Shown here one piece after another: positions 10,172-19,400 of a stretch of 64,000 nt of DNA. The DNA lies in assembly GCA_046483025.1 (NCBI GenBank), contig JAWODZ010000116.1, forward strand, positions 4,302 to 68,301. Direction: 5' to 3'. The DNA is from a bacterium. GTDB lineage: Bacteria > Zhuqueibacterota > QNDG01 > CAYUAG01. The notes under the pieces were generated by a model. That model did no database searches, was not told the origin of the DNA, and saw nothing but the letters and a program-made list of their open reading frames with translations. A program made the position numbers and the translations under genes. Positions within the stretch are counted from its first letter, which is position 1; each line of letters starts with the position of its first letter.

Positions 10172-10759
10172 CTAATATGATAATGATCGTGTAATAACTC
10201 TGGGAATTGTATCACCATAAGCACTGCATTGGTCAAGTATATAATTAAAAATTCTAAATTCAATATTTCTATCAGCCCGGATTTCTACTGAATTATTAAG
10301 ATTTGGTTTCAAAAAATGAGCTTTTTTATAATCATTGATTGACTCTCTAATCAATTGACAGGCAGAAAGTGAGGCAAAGGCATTATCATTCAAATTTAAA
10401 AAATTATCTGGAAACGTGTCACATCGTGCATCCTCAATTGCCTCTCTTTTAGCATGACTATATTTTGTAGTATCTCCGGAAGGAAGTAAAACATACAGAA
10501 CTCTGGGATTGGTAATATCATCCTCTACAAACTTTACTTCAAACATTAAGGTAGTTAAAATTATATCTTTTTCTTCGGTTAAATTACTGTTTATAGCGGG
10601 TAGATCTAATCTTTTGATGGGTTGCCCTCCGGCATGATGGGAAATATCCGGATTTGTATAAGATAGAGTAACCAGAGAAAAAATTAAAAGCAAAAAAATC
10701 ATATCAATCATTCCCGGAAGTGAAATACCTTTTTTCGGATAATCCTTTTTAAAAGACAT
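10172..10759 (-). CDS. exbD: ExbD/TolR-family biopolymer transport protein (second paralog)
   Basis: N-terminus GMIDMIFLLLIFSLVTLSY is typical of ExbD/TolR. 195 aa. The start overlaps the stop of the upstream ExbB-like gene. Confidence 0.8.
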   Translation of the reverse strand: MSFKKDYPKKGISLPGMIDMIFLLLIFSLVTLSYTNPDISHHAGGQPIKRLDLPAINSNLTEEKDIILTTLMFEVKFVEDDITNPRVLYVLLPSGDTTKYSHAKREAIEDARCDTFPDNFLNLNDNAFASLSACQLIRESINDYKKAHFLKPNLNNSVEIRADRNIEFRIFNYILDQCSAYGDTIPRVITRSLSY

Positions 10760-12135
10760 TAATCATCCCTTTTATCATGAATCTTTTCGGATAATCTAAC
10801 ATACAATTTTTCCCACTTCATATAGATTCTCTTCAATTTATTATTAAAATAATAATACACCATTAAAAATATAAAACTGATTGCCAGGCCTTCTATAGTA
10901 GTCCACAATGCTTCATTGATACCTCCGGATAATTCTGTTATCATTTGCTGTCCCTGAGAAATACTAGGTTGTATATCATCGAAAACTTTGGATATTCCTG
11001 TGGCTGTACCAAATAATCCCACAATAGGAGCCAAAGTACCAATATTCCATAACCAGTCAACATGACTTTTACGTCTTAAAATTTCAATTTCAGAAGCAGC
11101 CCGGTTTTCTATGGCCCTGTCCACTTCTTTTGATACTTCTATCCAGTGATAGCCATTAATTTCATGACTTTCAAGACCCACTTTAAAAATATTTACCGTA
11201 GGTATATGCTTCCATTTTTCTTTATCATTAATTTCTTTGATTAATGTCTGAATTCCTTTCATACCCTCATCTGCCCAATGTTTTACATTGGCACCTTCTA
11301 CTTCAGAAATAGAAATTTCTTCATTCTTCTTTAATCTTTTATTTATTTCACTGTTAATTTGTTCCTTTGAATGAGTGATTATTCTGTTCCAGTATTCTAG
11401 AATATAACTAAATTCATCTGATAAAACTCTGTCAATATCTTTATTAAATAATTTTGTTTTTTTAATATACTTTCTTTCCTCAACCGGAAAAACTCTATTA
11501 TAATTTAATCGAGGTAGAAAAAGAAAAATAAAAGGTATTAAGGCTAACATAAATATCCATAACACAAAAAATGCACCTTTTCCGGTTACGGAAGCATTCT
11601 CATATTTTTCCCCTTTACCTAATAAAGATAAAGGAAGTTTACCTAAAAAAATTAACTTAATTACATTAGGTATCTTTACATAATTTCTTGTTTTTCCAAT
11701 AATAGTATAAGAAGTATCTGAAATTACATGATATGATGAACCTTTAAATCCTTTTATATACAAATTCCATCTGATTCCGGCCTGTTTATTCTGAAAAGTA
11801 TAGGGGTCATTTGCATTTAATACATCTGAAGAATCAATCAGATCGGATACCGTTGCATTTTCACAATAGATTCGATAATGATCAAATCCCGATTGATTAT
11901 CATATCCGGATAATCTCCATCTAACAGTAATATCCCCGGAAATTGGTCTGATGAAAAACCTTTTTTTAATATTCTCTTTTTTAACTTCAAGAATCTGGGC
12001 AGGATAGTAATTATTATTATCTTGTGCATAGATATTTATTGAAGATAGAACAGACAAAAGAATAATCATAAAAATAATTGTATTTTTTTTCACACCATTC
12101 ATATTTAACATTTTATCCTCCATCAAAGAATACAC
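10759..12135 (-). CDS. exbB: MotA/TolQ/ExbB-family proton channel with a long N-terminal signal-peptide-bearing periplasmic extension
   Basis: The C-terminal ~150 aa carry MotA/TolQ/ExbB motifs (GLFGTATGISKVF; ALWTTIEGLAISFIF). The N-terminus has signal peptide MLNMNGVKKNTIIFMIILLSVLSSINIYAQ, then a ~150-aa domain before TM1. Confidence 0.8.
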   Translation of the reverse strand: MYSLMEDKMLNMNGVKKNTIIFMIILLSVLSSINIYAQDNNNYYPAQILEVKKENIKKRFFIRPISGDITVRWRLSGYDNQSGFDHYRIYCENATVSDLIDSSDVLNANDPYTFQNKQAGIRWNLYIKGFKGSSYHVISDTSYTIIGKTRNYVKIPNVIKLIFLGKLPLSLLGKGEKYENASVTGKGAFFVLWIFMLALIPFIFLFLPRLNYNRVFPVEERKYIKKTKLFNKDIDRVLSDEFSYILEYWNRIITHSKEQINSEINKRLKKNEEISISEVEGANVKHWADEGMKGIQTLIKEINDKEKWKHIPTVNIFKVGLESHEINGYHWIEVSKEVDRAIENRAASEIEILRRKSHVDWLWNIGTLAPIVGLFGTATGISKVFDDIQPSISQGQQMITELSGGINEALWTTIEGLAISFIFLMVYYYFNNKLKRIYMKWEKLYVRLSEKIHDKRDD

Positions 12136-12136
12136 C

Positions 12137-13186
12137 TTATATTAAATAAATAAAATATATCATCCGGGTTTCAATAACATGATTGGAATAAGTATCCCTA
12201 ATCCTGTTATACGTAAAACCAATCGGTAATTTTTCCAAATCAATCTTCATACCTAAAAAGTTAAACTTTCTGATAATATTATTTGATATTACAAACTCCG
12301 CACTTATCTGCCATCCTTCTCCGTTAAAAATTTCTAATTCTTTATTCTTATTTGCATATCGTATTTGATATTCCGGCAGCCATCTGACAGAAAACGCCAT
12401 ATATCTTCTGGGCATCAGTTCCAGATCAAAACCAAAAGAAAAAGAAAAAAAATTGGATGCGAATCTATTGATCCCGGTAGAAAACCACATTGTCGAAATA
12501 TCTACAGCAGGGTACAGGCAAAAATATACATTTTTATCAAGAATCATTCTTGATGTGAGCGATAATCCCATCCCTGTCTGAGAAAGTAAATATATTTTTT
12601 CCAAAAAGTCAAGAGAAGAAAAAAACAAATTTCTTTGCTGAAAAACAATCCCTAATGATTTGAAATCCTGAAAACTATATTTGCTCTCCACGTTTTGGAG
12701 AAAATTTTGAAACTCAGAAGTCTTAGAGTGATGCAAGAACTGTATCTCAAGCGCATGGATATAATCTAAAGGTGGTAGATTTTCTCCTTGATTATTACAT
12801 TTATATCGAAAAGTTCTTACTGGTGACGCTATTTCTTTTCTCTGTTGAATGGCTTTGACATGCCATTGATACACCCCCGACCGTTTCAAAATTCCTTTAA
12901 TATTTCTTAAAGTAAAGGAGACCTCGGAATCATCATCAAATATATGAATTTCTCGCTTAAAACTCTTATCCTCAATAGTTATAACTAATAAATACTTATT
13001 AATATCCACCAAACCTTCCCATTTAAACATCAGACTATCTTCAGTAACCAGTACATTTTTCTCAGGCAGAAGGAGATCAATTCCAAAGCGTTGGGAAGCG
13101 AAAAATGTTGACGGGATAAATAAAAAAAGTAAGATTAATATTATTGAATTACTTTTTAAAAATATATTCATAAAATAACAAATCAA
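12137..13186 (-). CDS. Secreted hypothetical protein
   Basis: 349 aa with signal peptide ILILLFLFIPSTFFASQ. The C-terminal half is aromatic/Gly-rich and may form a barrel. No family was recognised. It is 1 nt from the downstream exbB-like gene. Confidence 0.45.
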   Translation of the reverse strand: MICYFMNIFLKSNSIILILLFLFIPSTFFASQRFGIDLLLPEKNVLVTEDSLMFKWEGLVDINKYLLVITIEDKSFKREIHIFDDDSEVSFTLRNIKGILKRSGVYQWHVKAIQQRKEIASPVRTFRYKCNNQGENLPPLDYIHALEIQFLHHSKTSEFQNFLQNVESKYSFQDFKSLGIVFQQRNLFFSSLDFLEKIYLLSQTGMGLSLTSRMILDKNVYFCLYPAVDISTMWFSTGINRFASNFFSFSFGFDLELMPRRYMAFSVRWLPEYQIRYANKNKELEIFNGEGWQISAEFVISNNIIRKFNFLGMKIDLEKLPIGFTYNRIRDTYSNHVIETRMIYFIYLI

Positions 13187-13196
13187 TCAATAACTC

Positions 13197-15245
13197 TTAA
13201 TAGACTAAGCTATGCAATTCAGAATACTTTTGCATGAGCTCAGAAGCGATTCTTTTTAACTCAATCCAATTTTCTTCCTTGAGGTTTTTGATAATTTTTT
13301 CAAATTTTTCCTCTACAATTTCTCCAAAATCCAGAAATGGATATAATTTTTGTGTTTCTAATAAAAGTGAAACACCTTTTTTTATATCAATATATTCATC
13401 ACGCATTATAAAACTAATGCCTTTTAAAAACTGAACATCATCAGCTATATATTGATCACTGATGATTGGATATCTGGGATAGTCCTCATGTAACTTGGAA
13501 CTAAAACTGTCTAATATATCCTTACTTAAGGTTTCAAAAGCAGACTCATACTGCCCATTATATAAAAGAGTTTCCCCCAGAGATAAAAAGGAAAGGGTAA
13601 CCATATTTCTGTAATCTAATAGTTCATCATATTGCTCTATGGTTCTTATAGCATCACTAAACATGGTAATGGCAGAATCCCAATTGCCAACTTCTTTATG
13701 ACATACTCCTAATAAATAATAGGTTTTTAAACTTTTATCCTGGAGAGAATCCAGAACATTAATAGCTTTATTGATCTGATTTGAAATAATCAATACTTCT
13801 GCATATTCAATCAGATGCTCAGAAGTTAAAGATTGATAATCATCATTATATATAGGAGTATATTCTTCAACAGCATCCCTGGCAGCACTTTTTGCTTTAT
13901 CGATTTTACCTCTCCTCAGATACTTTCTTGCATCACTGACCAATAAATTTGCCTTGCCAATACCACCTCTGAGATAATAATACCTGCGAAGCATAAGACT
14001 GTCCTCTTCTATTTCAACAAGCCTATCAATGGACTGATTAATAAAATTATTTGGATATTGTGCAATGACTCTTATTAGATCTTTTTCTTTCGATGAAGGT
14101 TCTACCTCATCTTCTGCTTTTTGAAAAAAATAAACTGGATTAAAAATATTTCCCAGTTTAAAAGTAAGGAAAAATCGATTATCTTCCGGCAAGGTTGGAT
14201 GATAACAGTAAGAATAATCTACCTGGAGCGAAGTCTGGTGTGCAAAGGGAATTGATAATCCTAATCCCAGGGAAAAATCCTCGGTTCTGTTATTAAGCCC
14301 CATCCGGGGATACAGAATATAATCATTATTTAACAAAGGAAAGAATCCTTCCATACCAAAATAATAACCTGGGCTGGATCCTTTAAAATATTCATAGTCA
14401 AGAGAAGTCAGTATATAGGATTCCTTAAAAAATTTCCGCATTGATTTCCAGCTGATCGGAATCCAATCTTTAAAAATAATCTTATAGCTTAATCCACCCC
14501 GGAAAACAACCGGAAAATAATCCTTTTCATCATCATAATCGCTCCAGCCAGGTCGAATAATATTCTGTACAGCAAACCCTAATCTTAGGGGCAAGAGATA
14601 ACGCAGGGAAACAAGATTAAAAATTGGAGCATGAATCGGCTGAAAAATTAAACCTATATCTGCACCGTATGACCATTTATTTTTTATATTATTATAATTA
14701 ACTTCGGAAGTAGACTGAAGGTCACTAATATTTTGATTTACTAATTTTAGATTAAAACCGTAGCTCAGTATCCCCCAGGTAGTAATTTCCTCCCGGGCCC
14801 AGGCACCAACAAAAGCATTTTCATTAAAACCAAAATCACCTAAATAAATCCCTTGGTTATTCCGCTGTTCATATCCTGTTGAAGCCAACCCCACCCAACC
14901 AAATCCTATACTTGATGATGAACCAAGAAAAAAATTATTGGAATTCTTCATCATTCGAGGAATGACAAATCCAACATGAGAAAAACGACTGTCATAATAA
15001 AGGTTTGTATACATGGATGTTAATTCTATTCTATCTGCAGCAATTATTCCGGCAGGATTCCAAAAAACACCACTGGCATCATTAGCCAAAGAAATAAAAG
15101 ACCTGCCCATACCAAGTGCCCGGCCGCCAATTCCATAACGAAGAAACGTTCCTGGTTGTCCGCTATCTTCTTGAGAAAAAACAAACTGCAGAGAAATAAT
15201 TATAAAAATGCCAGTTAATGTTCGCTTAAGCAATATTTTCATCAT
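13197..15245 (-). CDS. FadL/PorV-like outer-membrane beta-barrel fused to a C-terminal TPR domain
   Basis: Signal peptide, then GIGGRALGMGRSFISLANDASGVFWNPAGI, which resembles the FadL/OMPP1 N-terminal hatch motif (GLGRA..A.ADDAS...NPAL). The ~400-aa barrel-like region ends in aromatic residues. The C-terminal ~250 aa are TPR-like helical repeats. Confidence 0.55.
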   Translation of the reverse strand: MMKILLKRTLTGIFIIISLQFVFSQEDSGQPGTFLRYGIGGRALGMGRSFISLANDASGVFWNPAGIIAADRIELTSMYTNLYYDSRFSHVGFVIPRMMKNSNNFFLGSSSSIGFGWVGLASTGYEQRNNQGIYLGDFGFNENAFVGAWAREEITTWGILSYGFNLKLVNQNISDLQSTSEVNYNNIKNKWSYGADIGLIFQPIHAPIFNLVSLRYLLPLRLGFAVQNIIRPGWSDYDDEKDYFPVVFRGGLSYKIIFKDWIPISWKSMRKFFKESYILTSLDYEYFKGSSPGYYFGMEGFFPLLNNDYILYPRMGLNNRTEDFSLGLGLSIPFAHQTSLQVDYSYCYHPTLPEDNRFFLTFKLGNIFNPVYFFQKAEDEVEPSSKEKDLIRVIAQYPNNFINQSIDRLVEIEEDSLMLRRYYYLRGGIGKANLLVSDARKYLRRGKIDKAKSAARDAVEEYTPIYNDDYQSLTSEHLIEYAEVLIISNQINKAINVLDSLQDKSLKTYYLLGVCHKEVGNWDSAITMFSDAIRTIEQYDELLDYRNMVTLSFLSLGETLLYNGQYESAFETLSKDILDSFSSKLHEDYPRYPIISDQYIADDVQFLKGISFIMRDEYIDIKKGVSLLLETQKLYPFLDFGEIVEEKFEKIIKNLKEENWIELKRIASELMQKYSELHSLVY

Positions 15246-15271
15246 ATATCTACTCTAACTATTTATACTGT

Positions 15272-16348
15272 TTACCTTACTACTGCTATTTTACAATACA
15301 AATCACTTGATCCGGGAACGATACATATATATCCGCCTGATGATACCATCTCATTTTCTCCATTCAGTCCGTCCCATTCAAAAAAATAATTCCCCCAGGT
15401 TCTCTTCAATTTTCTCACTAAATTTCCAAATAAGTCATAAATCCTAACTTCTTCAACATCCTTATTCTCAATTTTTATAATAGATTTTTCACCTTTTTTA
15501 GGATTAAAAGGATTGGGAAAACAAAACATTTCCGAACTGGATGAAATCCAGAATAAAGTAAATTCTCTTTTATAAGATTTTCTGCCGGCAAGATCAGAAA
15601 TCCAGAAATCCAAATGCAGTTGTTCCTGTTCAGATGCTAATAAGTGATACGTGAATTCTCTATTAATATATATTTCAGGTGGTTCTATGTTTATAATAGT
15701 AGTATCTGCTTGTGAATTGATATCATTTGATTCTCTTATATATATCTTTTCAACTTTACCTAGTATAGAATCACTGGCAATAATAAAAAAATGTAAAGTG
15801 TTACCCAATACCCAATTTGTATTATCTCCCTGCTGTAAATCTGCAATATGTAACTTATGAATAACCGGAGGATTTTTATCCTGAATTGATATTTCCGGTT
15901 CTGACCAGTAGCTTAAACCATTTTGTCCTGTTGAATCAATTCCGATATAGCGTAAACGGTATTCTATAGGAACACCAGCAGGTAAATTCATAAAAGTTGC
16001 CGAATCAACATTAGAATCAACAAATCCCCATAATTCAATATTATTGTATACCGCCTGTACTTCATAAAGAATTAAAGACGCTTTTAGTTTTTCCAGTGAT
16101 GTTTGAATACTGTCATTATCCCATTTGATGGTATTTATATTATTAAGGCTGTATTCAGGCTCTGGTAATAATTCCGGAGCAGGAAATATAGTATCCAACA
16201 TGGCTTTTTCAAAAAAAGAATACTGCTGTATTGTTTCCGGTGTACTCCAGGCTTGAATTCTTTTCTGCTGTGAATAAGAATAATGTGTAACAATAAAACA
16301 AAACAAAATAATAATGCATAGAAAAGGAATATCACTATTTTTCTTCAT
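15272..16348 (-). CDS. Secreted protein with a T9SS-type (Por secretion) C-terminal sorting domain
   Basis: Signal peptide. C-terminus CFPNPFNPKKGEKSIIKIENKDVEEVRIYDLFGNLVRKL...GENEMVSSGGYICIV matches the T9SS type-A C-terminal sorting-domain pattern (NPFNP...Y.L.G..V...). Confidence 0.6.
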   Translation of the reverse strand: MKKNSDIPFLCIIILFCFIVTHYSYSQQKRIQAWSTPETIQQYSFFEKAMLDTIFPAPELLPEPEYSLNNINTIKWDNDSIQTSLEKLKASLILYEVQAVYNNIELWGFVDSNVDSATFMNLPAGVPIEYRLRYIGIDSTGQNGLSYWSEPEISIQDKNPPVIHKLHIADLQQGDNTNWVLGNTLHFFIIASDSILGKVEKIYIRESNDINSQADTTIINIEPPEIYINREFTYHLLASEQEQLHLDFWISDLAGRKSYKREFTLFWISSSSEMFCFPNPFNPKKGEKSIIKIENKDVEEVRIYDLFGNLVRKLKRTWGNYFFEWDGLNGENEMVSSGGYICIVPGSSDLYCKIAVVR

Positions 16349-16421
16349 TTACTGGACCTCGCAGAATGTTCTATTACATTAAATAAATTCAAAACTTTTT
16401 TATCCTGATAGTAAGAAGTTT

Positions 16422-19400
16422 CTATTTTATTAATAACATTTTAGTTTCATTTCTCCACAACTTGCCACTTTTAGTTTTCACGGTAAGAAAACAAATATAG
16501 ATACCCGAAGAAACATATTTTTTATGCATATCAGTACCATCCCAGGTAACTGAATAGCTGCCCGGAGAAAGACTGCTTCTTGTAAATCCTCTAACAAATG
16601 ATCCCCTCATATTAAAAATACTTATGGTTACATCTGATTGTTCTGGAATCTCATACCTTATTTCTGTAGTACTATTAAAAGGATTTGGTTTGTTGGGATG
16701 TAAATTAAATGATAATATGCTATTATTACTCTCCTCAATTCCGGTTAAACATTTATTACCTGATGAATTATCCATAAAAGCTGCTAATAAGGACCACGCA
16801 CTCTCAATCATGTGCCCATTCTCAGCCTTTTTTCTTACCTTCAATCTAAACCAAGTAGTGTCAATTTTAATTGATCCCCAGCCGGTTGTACAGCTGCAGG
16901 TCTCACTGACAGTCCATCCAATCTGACATAATAAACGATCAGTAAGGTCGTCATCCTGATAAGCAAGTGGAAAATGAGAAGGATCCTGGGCAATTTCAAT
17001 AAAATATTCCAGGGAATCATTTGATTCAATCTCCGGAATACTACACACTTTGTAATCTATAGGATCCGGAGGAGGCGGTGTTGCCAGAAAATTTTCAGCA
17101 TTGATGGTTGTATCACCCTGAGTAATATTTCCAGCACTGTCAATAACATTGATCTGCCACTGATAATTTCTATTAAGAGTATAACCTTGATAAACGTAGT
17201 TCTGCATTGTATCAGTTGTGTCAACAGGTATTTCATCCTGAATCCATTTCTCACCATTCAATTCTCTTACAATTCGATATAATTTGGCATTCCACATTAT
17301 ATTTCGGTTAGTATCAACTGTTCCTTTTTCAACTCCTTCACCACTCCAGGTACAAGAAACTTTAATAGAATCTGAAGCTGAATTATACGGTCCATTATAT
17401 TTTACTTTAAAATCATTTACTGATGGAGAAGGTATAGTATCATACACCGAAACTCTTAACCCATAAGAATCACTGGACCACACAACAGTCTCAGGTGCAA
17501 TAACAATATTATTACCTGATTCATCCTGGAAAATCTTGACAGCATTATGTCCCCATTTATCCTTGGCAGTAACCCGGATAAAAACAGGATCATTTTTTTG
17601 ACTGGCTAATTCTGGAATTCTAACTTTTTTGTTCCTATTATAATCAGCTTTAATATAATCTGTGGTCACAGTCTGATCAGCAATAGGAGGAAAAGACGAA
17701 CTGATACTCAACTGTATTAGTAGTGAATCTGCATTCTCTGTTTCCAGTTCAATATCTTCACCGGTTTTATCATTAATCCATTTCCAGAATACCTGCAGAG
17801 AATCCTGATTAAAATATTCCAGAGTTCTGCTTGAATCAATATCCGGAATAAATGCCACACTATCACAGGTAACTGTAACTGCATGCTCATCCAGAATTTG
17901 GTCTAAGGAATCTATAGCTTTAATTGTATAAGTATAATCTTTACCATGTTTCAAATTATCAGAATTATCAACAAAAGATAAAATATCAGAGGGAAACGTC
18001 CATGTATTTTCTTGAGTATCATCTGCTGAACGGACAACCTTAAAAGAATCAATTTTATATTTCCTGATAATTTCAGAATTATTCCAATAGATAAATATAC
18101 TTTTGCCAGGCAATGCAAAAGACTCAAGAGAATCAAATAAACTGAAATCCGGTACAGTAAAAGGTCTTGACCAGGCGCTGGGTTTATAGGGATATGAGTT
18201 AGGTATTCCTCTTATTCTGAAAATATAATTATGATCTGATACTACCCGAAAATCTTCAAAAAATTCATCTCCATCAATAGTATAAATGATTTCAGATTTT
18301 CTATAAAGATTACTCAATGAATCCTGGTAAATTTTTACTTCATATTTTATAATATCTCCTTCCTTAAGTAGAGAAGGAATCACTCTCTTCCAGCCAATTC
18401 TTATAAAATAATTATCATTTTGATTTTTTTTCTCATAAAATACTACTTCCGGGGCAGAGTTACAGTAAGTTGTAACTTCATCAGTAGGATCACTCGTATC
18501 CTTAAAAACATCAATAGCTGTAATCGCATAATCATAATCTCGATATCCAATTAAGGTATCACCCGGTTCATTTTTCAATTCATCCATCCCGTATTTATCA
18601 ACCCAGCTAATCTTTTCCTTCCTGTTATATATTTCTCCAATTTTCTTACTATCACGAAAAATTTCATACCCGAAAGCATCCAGTGATGCTCTGGTCCAGC
18701 TAAGTTTTATATTCCCATTCCAGTCTACAGAATCAATTTTTGCTTGGAGATTTTCTGGTGTTCTATTTAAATTCCTTATTGCAATTAAAGTATTTGACCA
18801 TAAACTGGAAACATTACCTATATAAACTGCTCTTGCTTTAATAAAGGAAACTTCATTTCCAGATAAGTCAACTTCTAAAGTATCCGTATCTCTGTTTAAA
18901 TTTCTAATTGTCTGAAGTGTACCATTTACATCTATTTCATATTTCAACACCTCAGTAATATTAAATTTATTAATTCCAGCAGCCACAATATCATTTTGAG
19001 TCCACAGTGTATCTTTATCGTCTGATAATTTTATATCTGAACCAGAATCAGTAAAAACAATTTCCGGTCCCTGTAAAGATCTTTCCTGAACTTCCCAGTC
19101 ACTTTCATTGACTGCTCTCATATTTCCTAAATAATCTTCAGAAGTGACTTTATAAGAAACAAGAGGATTCAATATTGTATAATCAGCTAAAATATTTAAA
19201 GTATCTATAAACTCAGTAGAAGTTGCTGTGCCGATATTAACAAAATGTTCTTCAATCTCCTCAATTTTTCTCCACAAATAATATCTTTTAACCCCGGTCA
19301 CTTCATCATATGCCGGCTCCCAGGATAAATTCATACACCATTTGGAATATTCAGGTAGAGATTCTTCTAACACAATCTCTCCTGTTAAATTATGAATATC

